The translations under genes and the position numbers were made by a program. Shown here piece by piece: positions 27,520 through 37,571 of a stretch of DNA of 57,771 nt; within the stretch, counting starts at the first letter, position 1, and each line of letters begins with the position of its first letter. The stretch lies in the NCBI GenBank assembly GCA_964621955.1, contig CAZUMN010000004.1, positions 1-57,771 of the forward strand, read 5' to 3'. This DNA is from an uncultured Thermococci archaeon. GTDB taxonomy: Archaea > Methanobacteriota_B > Thermococci > Methanofastidiosales > Methanofastidiosaceae. The notes below the pieces were generated by a model. The model worked only from the letters and a program-made list of their open reading frames with translations, made no database searches and was not told the origin of the DNA.

Positions 27520-29334
27520 ATGGCTGAATCAAAACAGATTACAGTACTAGTGCTAGTTACGCTTTTGATAGGTGCAACTGCACTATTGCTACTGCCTAAA
27601 GGCCCAATCATTTTTGAGGGCGACCTCGTAGTGGATAACTATGAGGTTACTTTTCTTTCAGATGGTACTTTATCTGAGAGATATACATACGAAGTAAAAA
27701 ATTCTGGGCAGTACAGGATGCTTTTCAGATACTGGGATGACATGCTTTCGTTTGAAAGACTTGGAAGGTCATATATTGAATTTGTAGACGTAAAGTATCC
27801 TTCTGGAACTATCGGTTATGCTAAAGATTACAAAGGTGATGTGATATTATTTGGAGATGAATCACACAGTTATACCATAGATTCTTTAGCATATACAAAT
27901 GAAGTGGGCGCATACAATCCTTCATACTTTAATAAAGGTAAGTATGAGATAGAATACAATTACATCCTTCACCCACCTATTCAATACGATAGTGAAGTCA
28001 GTCATTTGAATCTAAAACTCCAGAGAGAACATATACCAATAAAAAATTTTAAGATAATGATTGCTAAAGAAAGTATAGTAAAAGTCTATCCACATCCTCC
28101 TAATTTAAAAGTTTCAGAAGATCAAAACTATATTATTATTACTGGAACTTCTCCAGAAAATGAACTTTTAGAAATTGAACTTCTCTTAAAGCCAGAATAT
28201 ATTAATACTATAAATGGTTTCCCAGAAAATATAAACGGAGTTAGGCAAAAAACAGAAATGGCTAATTTACTTTATACAATACCATTTTATGCAGCAAAGT
28301 TTCTTTATGCATTAACAAGTCTATTGCTTATAATAGTTCCATTCATATTCTTATATATTTATTATAGGCATGGAAAAGAAAAAGGCTTTACAGTGCCAGA
28401 ATTTTTGAGTTTTGTTCCTAATGATAAATTGAAACCTTGGGTAGTCAATCTTCTGTTTAAAGGTGAGGCAAATACTTTTGACATGAATGCTTTCTACGCA
28501 ACACTTTTGGACCTTCATAAAAGACATAAAATTGAGATAAAAGAGAAGGAAAATCCAAAATATATCACAATTAAACTGAAAGATAAAACTGACCTCGATC
28601 ATTTTGAAACAAAGGTAATCGAGTTTATTGAAAGAGTAGGAACTGCTGGAGTAGTTGATACTGAAACAATAGCTTCCCTAGCTAAGAGCGCAAGAAAGGA
28701 TGTTATGAACCAAAAAACTATGCTAAGCTATCAATCATCCCTAAACGGAATTACAAATGTTAAATCAACTGACAGAATGATTATTAAAAACTATATAGTT
28801 GAGGGAAGAACTAGGCCCCTCCCAGTATTGCTTTTGGGGATACTTTTTGCAGTCATTTCTATTATTATGCTCATATTCATACCTTTTGCAACTAATGCAT
28901 CAAGTTCTCTTATTGCTTCCATAATAATTGTTATCCAATCTATAATCGCTATGGCATTCCCAACAACACTATTCGGGATATGGAAAAATGACAGCTATAA
29001 AGAAAAACTTGAATGGGATGCTTTTACTAAGTTCTTATCCGACCTCGCATTGATGAGAAAATATTCTCCAGATGATATCCTCATGTGGGGAGAATGGCTT
29101 GTATATGGAACTGCACTAGGAGTGGGAGATAAAGTTGAAGCTGCAATGAAAGCTCTGAATGTAAACATACAAGACGTAAATGTAGTTCCTTACCATGCGA
29201 TAAATAGGTCTTTTATTCCAATTTCTTCCTACGCACCTCCCAGCAGTGGCGGTGGCGGTAGCGGAGGATTTGGAGGTGGGGGCGGATTTGGTGGAGGCGG
29301 TGGCTTCGGTGGAGGCGGCGTTGGAGGTCGTTAA
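27520..29334 (+). CDS. DUF2207 family membrane protein
   Basis: Follows lemA; WDAFTKFL, WLVYGTALGV, Gly-rich C-terminus. Confidence 0.85.
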   Translation: MAESKQITVLVLVTLLIGATALLLLPKGPIIFEGDLVVDNYEVTFLSDGTLSERYTYEVKNSGQYRMLFRYWDDMLSFERLGRSYIEFVDVKYPSGTIGYAKDYKGDVILFGDESHSYTIDSLAYTNEVGAYNPSYFNKGKYEIEYNYILHPPIQYDSEVSHLNLKLQREHIPIKNFKIMIAKESIVKVYPHPPNLKVSEDQNYIIITGTSPENELLEIELLLKPEYINTINGFPENINGVRQKTEMANLLYTIPFYAAKFLYALTSLLLIIVPFIFLYIYYRHGKEKGFTVPEFLSFVPNDKLKPWVVNLLFKGEANTFDMNAFYATLLDLHKRHKIEIKEKENPKYITIKLKDKTDLDHFETKVIEFIERVGTAGVVDTETIASLAKSARKDVMNQKTMLSYQSSLNGITNVKSTDRMIIKNYIVEGRTRPLPVLLLGILFAVISIIMLIFIPFATNASSSLIASIIIVIQSIIAMAFPTTLFGIWKNDSYKEKLEWDAFTKFLSDLALMRKYSPDDILMWGEWLVYGTALGVGDKVEAAMKALNVNIQDVNVVPYHAINRSFIPISSYAPPSSGGGGSGGFGGGGGFGGGGGFGGGGVGGR

Positions 29335-29406
29335 ATCTATTAAAATAAAATTTTTTTATAATTAAGAAAATTAGAATATATTTAATAAAATGAAATAATA
29401 ACTATT

Positions 29407-30558
29407 TTAGCTGAATAGATCATCTATTCCATATTTAGCCCAGTCGATGCTTCGTCCAAAGCTTTCTCCGCCGCCCACTCTTTTCCTTCTTGCGTCTCTC
29501 TCAAATGGTTGTAGTTCTATGTCTCCATCTGCAGCTCTACCAGATATGAACGGTGATTTTACTCCAGTCATGATGAGCATTACTCTCATCGAATCTTTTA
29601 GACCTTCGTCAACTCTTGCACCCCAAATAATCTTTGCTTCAGGATCCATAATTGAGTTAACAATTTCTCCAACTCTGTTGGCCTCATTTAAGGTCATATT
29701 ACTGCCACCTGAAACGTGGACAAGTGCACCTTTTGCATTTTTATAGTCAACATCCAATAGTTTGCAGGTCATTGCTTCGTGGACTGCTTCCTCAACTCTA
29801 TTCTTAGTATTAGATTCACCGACTCCGATTACAGCAACTCCACCGTCTTGCATGATTGTTCTTACATCAGCATAATCTAAGTTAACAAGACTTGGTTGTG
29901 TAATAGTTTCTGTGATTCCTTTAACCATCTCGGCAAGAACTTCGTCAGATACGCTAAATGCGTAGTCAATTGGCATGTTTGGAACAAGTTGAAGTAGCTT
30001 ATTGTTATCTAGTGTGATAACGGTATCTGCATATCGCCTAAAGGCTTCAAGTCCTTGAATTGCTTTTTCAAATCTGTGAGATCCTTCCATTCTAAAAGGT
30101 AAGGTTACTACTCCCACAACTAACGCGCCACATTCTTTAGCAACTTCAGCAACTACCGGGGCACTCCCCGTTCCTGTTCCGCCTCCCATACCTGCAGAGA
30201 CGAAAACTAAATTTGCGTCTTTAAAAAGATCTTTTAATTTATGCCTATCCTCTTGAGCGGCTTCCCAGCCAACGCTAGGGTCTCCCCCTGCTCCAAGACC
30301 TTTTGTAAGCTCTTTTCCAATAACAAACTTTTTGTCAGCTTGAATATTTTCTAAGTGCTGTCTATCTGTATTCAAGGCAATTGTTTCGGCGCCCATTACT
30401 CCTCCGAGCATTGAAAGTCTATTTATTGTATTATTACCTGCACCGCCACATCCTGCACATATTATTCTAGCGTGTCCAATGCCTTCTAATTCCGCTGCAG
30501 TTTCTTCAAAGTTATTAGTTTGAGTATATCTTGAAGCATTTTCCAAGATGCCTTTCAT
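29407..30558 (-). CDS. ftsZ: Cell division protein FtsZ (FtsZ2-type by context)
   Basis: [24 protein letters not shown]; directly downstream of an RHH gene. Confidence 0.96.
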   Translation of the reverse strand: MKGILENASRYTQTNNFEETAAELEGIGHARIICAGCGGAGNNTINRLSMLGGVMGAETIALNTDRQHLENIQADKKFVIGKELTKGLGAGGDPSVGWEAAQEDRHKLKDLFKDANLVFVSAGMGGGTGTGSAPVVAEVAKECGALVVGVVTLPFRMEGSHRFEKAIQGLEAFRRYADTVITLDNNKLLQLVPNMPIDYAFSVSDEVLAEMVKGITETITQPSLVNLDYADVRTIMQDGGVAVIGVGESNTKNRVEEAVHEAMTCKLLDVDYKNAKGALVHVSGGSNMTLNEANRVGEIVNSIMDPEAKIIWGARVDEGLKDSMRVMLIMTGVKSPFISGRAADGDIELQPFERDARRKRVGGGESFGRSIDWAKYGIDDLFS

Positions 30559-30593
30559 ATAAAACCCCCAATTATATAATTATTTTTTATTAT

Positions 30594-30776
30594 TTACTTA
30601 ATTTTTCCAGATATGCCTTCATTTCTAAGTGACCTAAACCCACCAAGTTCGTTCTTTAGCATGTCTCTGATCGCTGATCTTATGGCTTCACTCTTGTTAG
30701 GGAAGTATCCATAATTAACCAACTCGTCCAACCCGTTCATATATGCTTCTGGTATTTGTACTGATATGAGTTTCAT
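30594..30776 (-). CDS. cdrS: Ribbon-helix-helix regulator, CdrS ortholog
   Basis: MKLISVQIP...LDELV...PNKSEAIRSAIRDML immediately upstream of ftsZ, the conserved euryarchaeal cdrS-ftsZ2 arrangement. Confidence 0.8.
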   Translation of the reverse strand: MKLISVQIPEAYMNGLDELVNYGYFPNKSEAIRSAIRDMLKNELGGFRSLRNEGISGKIK

Positions 30777-30812
30777 TAATGTCCCTCTAGCATCTGTATA
30801 ATACTTAGGAGA

Positions 30813-31073
30813 TATATATATATAAGAGTTTCGGTTATCCAGATATTTCTTATAACCTATCTGGGTATCTTCCTTATATGTTTCTTGTATTATCCTTATA
30901 CCCCCATAATATTATTTGGATATTATATGGACACTTCATATCTATTGTCTGGATACTTCAATAGTGGTATTGTAATATCGCTCACGGATTATCATTATGG
31001 ATAATCATTGTCTTTCATGTGGGTTATCCAGTAAATACTAATTTTGTTAACTACTATATATAGTTTTCGGTTA
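30813..31073 (-). promoter_or_regulatory. Two BRE-TATA-like promoters bracketing an array of TATCC/GGATA boxes upstream of cdrS
   Basis: Minus-strand TAACCGAAA followed by TATATA at 30829-30837 and 31065-31073; GGTTATCCAG at 30833 and 31022. Confidence 0.5.
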
Positions 31074-31182
31074 ATAATGATAAACAATACTTCTTTTAGA
31101 TTTCCATAAAGTATTACCAATTATAAACTTTATTAACAATGCACAACGATAATTTTTTAAGAAAAGAGAATATAGTATAATC

Positions 31183-31632
31183 ATGTTACTGGTATTTGAA
31201 TCCCAAATTCAAGATGCGCAAAATCTAATTGAAATATTAAAGAAAAATGGGGCAGATGCTATTTTTGACGAAAGTAAAGCGTATGGGATTAACCACATAT
31301 CTATGGCTTTGCACCAAACAACTCAAGCATTTATGAATAAATCAAACTTTGCTGACGATTTTTCACTAGAGTATTTGATTAGATTGTCTGGTGAGAAACA
31401 AATATCTAAAGCTTTAACGTTTGGCGTAAAGAACGGATTTAATAGGATAGGAATTATAGTGAATGAAGAAAATAAAGAGAAGATTGTCCAGATTTTAGGC
31501 CGGCCAGTTACCCCCGGAAAATATGATAAGGATTTCATAATAGAGTATTTTGAAATAACGGATATCAATAATAGAATAGAAGCTGAAAAAAAGATATTTG
31601 AAAAAATTGCATTACTTAATACAAAATTATAA
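31183..31632 (+). CDS. cgi121: KEOPS complex subunit Cgi121
   Basis: HISMA...EYLIRLSGEKQISKAL-FGVK. Confidence 0.82.
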   Translation: MLLVFESQIQDAQNLIEILKKNGADAIFDESKAYGINHISMALHQTTQAFMNKSNFADDFSLEYLIRLSGEKQISKALTFGVKNGFNRIGIIVNEENKEKIVQILGRPVTPGKYDKDFIIEYFEITDINNRIEAEKKIFEKIALLNTKL

Positions 31633-31773
31633 ATTAATGTCATATACTTTTTAAGATATTGATATCCATCAGTTATAAATATTAGTTATGGTTAAAGTTA
31701 AGAAACTTACAAAAATTACAATAAGTTTTTTAAATTGGCCCATTGTTTTATCACTGTGAACCCTGAAGAAATA

Positions 31774-32427
31774 ATGGATATTCTTTTTGTTTTAATTAAC
31801 GAAGTATCTGTCATGGTTACTGTAATAGCTGTAGTTGTAAGCTCCGTTAATCATTTTAAAGAAGTTGTTATAGATAAAAGATTTACTTATAAAAATCATA
31901 TTGTTATGATACTCATATTTGGCTCTTTCTCAATATTTGGCAACTATTCAGGGATAGAACTTCCTTCTGGCGCTATAGCGAATATAAGGGATATAGGGCC
32001 ATTAGTTGCAGGTTTAGTAGGTGGACCAGTAATTGGTCTTGGTGCAGGATTAATAGGTGGGATAAACAGGTTCTATGGGGGCGGCTTTACTGCACTTCCT
32101 TGTTCAGTTGCCACTGTTTCGGCAGGTATTATTGGTGGATTAATCTATCAATACAAAAAAAAGGAATTTATTGGGGCATATAAAGCCACGATTGTTGCAG
32201 TCTTATTAGAATTATATCATATGGGAATTACATTAATCCTTGCAAAACCTTTTGATTTGGCACTAGAAACTGTAAAAATAGTAATAATACCTATGACACT
32301 ATCAAATGCCTTAGGGGTTGCAATATTTTCTATAATAATTGCTGGCATAATTAAGGACAAAAAGAAAATAAAAGAACTTGAAGATGATATGAATATTGTC
32401 ACTTCAAAAGAAGAAGACAAGATATGA
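31774..32427 (+). CDS. Stand-alone LytS/YhcK-type 5TM receptor domain protein
   Basis: FGSFSIFGNY, ANIRD, GLVGGP, GGINRFYGGG; no cytoplasmic catalytic domain. Confidence 0.85.
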   Translation: MDILFVLINEVSVMVTVIAVVVSSVNHFKEVVIDKRFTYKNHIVMILIFGSFSIFGNYSGIELPSGAIANIRDIGPLVAGLVGGPVIGLGAGLIGGINRFYGGGFTALPCSVATVSAGIIGGLIYQYKKKEFIGAYKATIVAVLLELYHMGITLILAKPFDLALETVKIVIIPMTLSNALGVAIFSIIIAGIIKDKKKIKELEDDMNIVTSKEEDKI

Positions 32428-32445
32428 GCAGAATAGGAAACAAGG

Positions 32446-32518
32446 CGGGCCTGATGGGATTTGAACCCACGTTCTTCGGGTCCGAAGCCCGACGCCATAT
32501 CCACTAGACCACAGGCCC
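32446..32518 (-). tRNA. tRNA-Arg(TCG), intronless
   Basis: Acceptor GGGCCTG/CAGGCCC, anticodon arm TCGGG-CTTCGGA-CCCGA, T-arm GTGGG-TTCAAAT-CCCAT, discriminator G followed by CC. Confidence 0.97.
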
Positions 32519-32540
32519 CTGTAGAATCTCAATCCAGGAA

Positions 32541-32548
32541 TTTATAAA
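32541..32548 (-). promoter_or_regulatory. TATA box of the tRNA-Arg gene
   Basis: TTTATAAA about 23 nt upstream of the tRNA 5' end. Confidence 0.55.
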
Positions 32549-32614
32549 TATATTCGAAATCCTTAAATATTAATTAAAATAAACCTGTTTAGACTCTTTT
32601 AGGAGAGAAAAATA

Positions 32615-33229
32615 ATGGCCAAAAGACGCAAAGTATCAAAACCTTTTAAGTATAAGCCGGTAAGTGTAAAGGATCTTTTAGTTGAGATGAAAGATATCTC
32701 TGAACTAATGGTTGACTTGGCCTATTCTTCAATCCTTTTCAAAAATAAAGAAATAGCAGAGGATGTTACCGAACTTGAGAGTAGGATGGATGAACTAAAT
32801 TATAGGATAAGGATAACAGCAATGCTAGCTGCTAGAAGCGTTGAAGACGCAGAAAGAATTTCTGCTGTTTTACAATTTGCCTCAGCTTCTGAAAAAATAT
32901 CAAATGCAGCTGGAGATTTGTCCAATATTATCTTAAGAGATATGAAAATACATCCAATTGTTTACGAGGCGCTTGAAGACGCTGAAGAACAAATAGAAAA
33001 ATACGAAGTATCTCCTAAATCGAAACTATCGCACATGACATTAAAAAAGGCAGGACTAGGATCTAAAATTGGAACCTATATAATCGCTGTAAAAAGAAAG
33101 GATTCTATTAAATATAATCCTTCCAAAGGATTTGTTATTAAAGATGGGGATATACTCATTGCAAGGGGTAGTAATACAGGTCTTGAAATATTAAAGAGTA
33201 TATGTAGTGGGATAAAAACAAAGTGGTGA
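32615..33229 (+). CDS. PhoU-like + TrkA-C (RCK_C) protein
   Basis: EMKDISELMVDLAYSSIL, EKISNAAGD, IIAVKR. Confidence 0.82.
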   Translation: MAKRRKVSKPFKYKPVSVKDLLVEMKDISELMVDLAYSSILFKNKEIAEDVTELESRMDELNYRIRITAMLAARSVEDAERISAVLQFASASEKISNAAGDLSNIILRDMKIHPIVYEALEDAEEQIEKYEVSPKSKLSHMTLKKAGLGSKIGTYIIAVKRKDSIKYNPSKGFVIKDGDILIARGSNTGLEILKSICSGIKTKW

Positions 33230-33233
33230 TGCA

Positions 33234-33806
33234 ATGGAAACTGGTATGGCTGATATATTAACGCAGATGAAAAATAATTCAGAACTAATGGTAGCCCTAT
33301 CTTACACTGCCCTACTATACAATAATACATACATCGCAGAGGAAGTAATGGAACTTGAAGAGATTGTAGATAAACTGAACTATGAAATGGGTAAAAAAAT
33401 ACTACAAAAGGCATCTAATGTTAGTAATCCAGAAGACCTACTAAGTCTGATTCATATAACTGAAGCAACTGAAGCCATTGCTGATGCTGCTTCTGAAATA
33501 GCAGATATTGTAACTAGAGGAATTGATGCTCACCCAATATTTAAAGAGGCAATGAAAGAAACGGACCAAATTATTGCAAGGGTAAAAATATGTTCAGGCT
33601 CTATTATAATCGATAAAACTTTCCAAGAAATAAAATTACAAAGTAAAACTGGTATTTACATATTCCTTATAAAGAGGGGTAAAGACTATATTTACTCTCC
33701 AAAGAAAAACTTCACGTTAAACGAGGGAGATATACTATATGGGATTGGTATGGAAAGCGGTATAGAAAAATTACATGAACTTGCTAACTGCAAGCTTCAG
33801 GCATGA
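33234..33806 (+). CDS. PhoU-like + TrkA-C (RCK_C) protein, second paralog
   Basis: QMKNNSELMVALSYTALL, EAIADAASE, IFLIKRG. Confidence 0.82.
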   Translation: METGMADILTQMKNNSELMVALSYTALLYNNTYIAEEVMELEEIVDKLNYEMGKKILQKASNVSNPEDLLSLIHITEATEAIADAASEIADIVTRGIDAHPIFKEAMKETDQIIARVKICSGSIIIDKTFQEIKLQSKTGIYIFLIKRGKDYIYSPKKNFTLNEGDILYGIGMESGIEKLHELANCKLQA

Positions 33807-34845
33807 TTTTTAATTTTAATTTCCCAGTTAATCTCATGAATAAGACAGCCAATCCGCCGGCTATGAACAGATAAATCATTAGAATTTCTAAAGAGATAGA
33901 TCCTAAGATGAACTTGGCAGACTGATATAAAATAAATGAGAATACTGCTGTGAAAAATGTTAGTGCAAGTGTACTTATTACCTCCTTCTTATTTGTAGAG
34001 TAAGCTTCTAAAAATCTACCAAACATCGCTATTGCGAAAGCAACATAAATGAGTTCAATTCTTGATAGAATTGTTGCTATTACTAGTGGTATACTTTGCC
34101 AAGTTGGAAATTGAAGAAGATAGTAATAACTCTGCCATACTCCAATAATGCCCAATAATACGGCAATGAGGTAAAAAACAAATCCGACTCTTTTTGGAGA
34201 AAACTCTTTCTTTAAGAAACTATCAATACCAAATCCCTTGAAGAACAGATAGATTCCCAAGATAAATAAAAATCCAAACCACCCTATCTGAGGTTTTCCT
34301 AATAAAAACGCTGCGCCAAAAAGTAGAAAAACTAGTCCAGGTGCTCCAATCATAAGCCCTGCAAGTTTTCGGTCTTCCATGACCTCCCTTATATATCTAT
34401 GAAGAATAAAGTATGTTTCTTCAATTGTTTCACTTTGCTGTATGACTATCCTATCTATAGATATTATCTGCACCTTCGATTGAATGGCCGGTAAGACATT
34501 CTCATCTTCTCGTCCATCTGTAACAAGAATTACTCCTTTTACTTTAATTTTTTTAAGTACTTGGTCAAGTTGGTCAGAAAGAATTATATCAGATTTAACG
34601 CCAACGTCAGCATCCCCAGTAAGAGCTACTACTTCACAAGGCGTATCTTCTTTTTTTAATTTTCGAAAGACTTGGATTGCCCTAAAAAGAACATTTGTAT
34701 CCGATTCTGTGGGATCAGCTATACCAAGTTCCATGGCTGCATTTAGGATGCTTTTTTCTCCTATTATCGGCCCTTGGATACCTGTTTTTACCCCAAGGTC
34801 ATTATCCCTATCGACCGAAAGCACTAATATTTTCTTTTCAAACAT
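33784..34845 (-). CDS. DUF373 family archaeal membrane protein
   Basis: LVLSVDRDNDLG, DPTESDTN, VTDGREDE. Confidence 0.88.
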   Translation of the reverse strand: MFEKKILVLSVDRDNDLGVKTGIQGPIIGEKSILNAAMELGIADPTESDTNVLFRAIQVFRKLKKEDTPCEVVALTGDADVGVKSDIILSDQLDQVLKKIKVKGVILVTDGREDENVLPAIQSKVQIISIDRIVIQQSETIEETYFILHRYIREVMEDRKLAGLMIGAPGLVFLLFGAAFLLGKPQIGWFGFLFILGIYLFFKGFGIDSFLKKEFSPKRVGFVFYLIAVLLGIIGVWQSYYYLLQFPTWQSIPLVIATILSRIELIYVAFAIAMFGRFLEAYSTNKKEVISTLALTFFTAVFSFILYQSAKFILGSISLEILMIYLFIAGGLAVLFMRLTGKLKLKIMPEACS

Positions 34846-35143
34846 CGGACTCTACCATCTTCATTTTGACTGAGTCTATTTTATCTTGCATAGAGGACTT
34901 CTTATCTAATCTATAATCAATCTTTATGTTAGTTATAATTCTTTCTATTCCCATTTCAAAGATTAAATTATGCGAATAATCGATTAAATTTGATATTTCT
35001 TTCCACTCACCCTCTACAATTGTGCCCATCGGGGTGAGCTGATATTTTAATCCACTTTTTTCTATGTTTTTTATTACTACTGCGATATAACGACTAAGAG
35101 ATGTTCCAACTCCAATTGGAACAAAAGATATTTCTACTATCAA
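34838..35143 (-). CDS. MTH1187/YkoF family thiamine-binding protein
   Basis: EISFVPIG...SLSRYIA...YQLTPMGTIVEG...IKIDYR. Confidence 0.9.
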   Translation of the reverse strand: MIVEISFVPIGVGTSLSRYIAVVIKNIEKSGLKYQLTPMGTIVEGEWKEISNLIDYSHNLIFEMGIERIITNIKIDYRLDKKSSMQDKIDSVKMKMVESDV

Positions 35144-36006
35144 ATATTTCCTCCAGCCTGAAGAATCTTCAGTTCATCCAAGGTGAGTTTTTCTCCATTT
35201 TTAAATTTCTCCAAGATATCCTCACTTTTCTTTGATAGTTCCATTTTCTTTTCTTTTATCTTTTTCTCTTTTTCCTGTTTCTCAGTTTTTCTTGAATTAA
35301 TCTCTAATCCTTTGATCTTTGCTCTTAGTTCTCTTATATTGTCGTATAGTTCATCAACATATTTTTTCTTTTCAATATAATTTTTGTGTGTTGTATCTGC
35401 TTCTTTTTTGATATCTTCAGAACTATTGAAATAGTATATCATACGCTCATGAAACTTAGTGGATTCGTCTGAAAGTTCTAGAACTTTTTTATGGTATTCC
35501 TCAGAATTTTTTTTCAATGTATCTAAATCTTTTCGAGAAAAGCGGGCTTCTTTAGAAAGCGCTTCATAATTTTTTGATTCTTTAAGGTCTTTTTTTAAGT
35601 CCTTTATGATGTCAACAAGCTGCCGTTCTTTATCCAATGAAAGAACTTCAGTTTCAAGTTTCCATTCAATATTATCTATCTTTTTTTCGATTTCTGAAGA
35701 GGAAGTAATATCCTTGTTCTTTGTGGCTTCTTTAATTTTATTCAAAGATTCATAAATTATTCTTAGTTTAGAGCTGTTTTCTTCACGTAGTACCTTATAT
35801 TTCTTTGTTTCCTCGTTAGCTTTATCTCTAAGTTCCTTATTTTCCTTGCCTTTCTTAATCAGATCAGAAACTTGAGCATTTTTTTCATCTCTTTTTTGTT
35901 TTAAGGACAAAAGCTCTTTTTTATATGATTCCGCCTCAGATTCCAAAGCCTTTAATTCTTGTGAAATTCTTATAATTTCATCGTCTACTGAACCTTCCAA
36001 AGACAT
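35140..36006 (-). CDS. Archaeal coiled-coil protein (COG1340-like)
   Basis: Long heptad pattern, LETEVLSLDKER, KFKNGEKLTLDEL. Confidence 0.8.
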   Translation of the reverse strand: MSLEGSVDDEIIRISQELKALESEAESYKKELLSLKQKRDEKNAQVSDLIKKGKENKELRDKANEETKKYKVLREENSSKLRIIYESLNKIKEATKNKDITSSSEIEKKIDNIEWKLETEVLSLDKERQLVDIIKDLKKDLKESKNYEALSKEARFSRKDLDTLKKNSEEYHKKVLELSDESTKFHERMIYYFNSSEDIKKEADTTHKNYIEKKKYVDELYDNIRELRAKIKGLEINSRKTEKQEKEKKIKEKKMELSKKSEDILEKFKNGEKLTLDELKILQAGGNI

Positions 36007-36091
36007 ACCTCAACTTGTAAATATTAGTATCATTTATAATTATTTTGGTTAAATCAGTTAAGAATATATATTTCATCCCATAATTAGACTT

Positions 36092-37513
36092 ATGTCTCTT
36101 ATTTTTGGGGCTGGTAAAATCGGATATGCAGTATCTTTAGTACTTAAAAAGAGAGGCAAAGAAGTAGTGGTCATAGATAAAAATATGCAGGCTTTGAGCA
36201 GGGTCGAAACTATTGGTTGTAAAACTTATCTATTTGATTTTACTAAATCATTTAATCTTATAGGAGTAAATATTTCAAAATTTAAAGAGATAATTATCAC
36301 TACTTCAGACCATAAAATTAATATTGAAGCTTTGAAAATTTCAAGAGAGCTCAATAAAGAAGCTTTGATAATTGTTAACGCCCCTAGTTCAGAACATATC
36401 CAGGGACTTAAAAAAATGGGGGCAGATTTTGTTGTTACTCCAGATAGATCAATGGCACAAATAATAATAAATCAGCTTGAACTCTCAAATTATTGGAGAA
36501 ATAAAGACCTATTAAAAAAAATACTTGAGAAATCCAAGTCATTAGCAATTGTAATGCATGATAATCCCGACCCAGATGCAATGTCAAGCGCTTATGCCCT
36601 TAAAGCAATTGCAGAAAGTTTGAAGGTAAATGTAGATATATATTACGGGGGCGAGATTGGTCACGAAGGAAACAAAATGATGGTTGAACTTTTGAAATGG
36701 GATTTTAAAAAGATAGCCGAACATAAAAAATATGTCTTAAGAGAGTATGACAAAATTGCATTAATCGATATGCCAAATCTGTCTAATACTACTATATTCC
36801 CTTCAGAAACGAAACCAGATATCATAATTGATCATCACTATACTGAAGAAGAAAAAATAAATGCAGAATTCATGGACATAAGGCCTAAAGTTGGTGCGAC
36901 TGCCACCATTATGACTTCTTATTTGAGAGATTTTGGTATTGAAGTAAATGAGCAATTAGCCACAGGATTAATGTATGGGATTCTTGTTGATACAAATAAC
37001 TTTAAACGAAATTTTGAGAAGGAAGATACAGAGGCCGTATATTATTTAAAACCCAAGATTAATAAAGAACTTTTGAATGTTATTGAAAATCCCAATATCT
37101 CTCAAGATACTCTTGATGTTTTGTCTAAGGCAATAAATAACAAGAAGCTTTACGACAAATATGTCATTTCTAATGTTGGGTATGTAGATAATAAGGAATC
37201 ATTGTCTCAATCTGCAGATCTATTATTGAAACTTGAAGGTATTACTGTATCTATAATTATTGGAATAATTGAAGACTATGTATACGTATCTGCTAGGTCA
37301 AGGGACCAGATTATTGATATCAGCAAGATAATTACAAAGGCTTTTTCTAAAATGGGTTCTGCAGGAGGACATATGAATTTTGCCGCTGCAAAGATATCCC
37401 TTGGGGCTTTCGGTTATAGTGAAGACAAGGATATTCTAGTAAAAATAGTAGGGGACACTATATCTGAGTATTTCTTTAAGTCTTTAAAATTAAATAATAA
37501 AGGTTCAATATAA
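36092..37513 (+). CDS. TrkA-N (RCK_N) + DHH/DHHA1 phosphoesterase
   Basis: GAGKIG Rossmann motif; HDNPDPDA, IDHH, SAGGH. Confidence 0.88.
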   Translation: MSLIFGAGKIGYAVSLVLKKRGKEVVVIDKNMQALSRVETIGCKTYLFDFTKSFNLIGVNISKFKEIIITTSDHKINIEALKISRELNKEALIIVNAPSSEHIQGLKKMGADFVVTPDRSMAQIIINQLELSNYWRNKDLLKKILEKSKSLAIVMHDNPDPDAMSSAYALKAIAESLKVNVDIYYGGEIGHEGNKMMVELLKWDFKKIAEHKKYVLREYDKIALIDMPNLSNTTIFPSETKPDIIIDHHYTEEEKINAEFMDIRPKVGATATIMTSYLRDFGIEVNEQLATGLMYGILVDTNNFKRNFEKEDTEAVYYLKPKINKELLNVIENPNISQDTLDVLSKAINNKKLYDKYVISNVGYVDNKESLSQSADLLLKLEGITVSIIIGIIEDYVYVSARSRDQIIDISKIITKAFSKMGSAGGHMNFAAAKISLGAFGYSEDKDILVKIVGDTISEYFFKSLKLNNKGSI

Positions 37514-37571
37514 ATTGAACCATATCGAAATATATAAATATAGTGCATTATAAGCTTCTATTGGTGATGAA

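Noticed and set aside
29240-29334. GC-rich GGN repeat tract
   Set aside because: Ordinary Gly-rich C-terminus of DUF2207 proteins.
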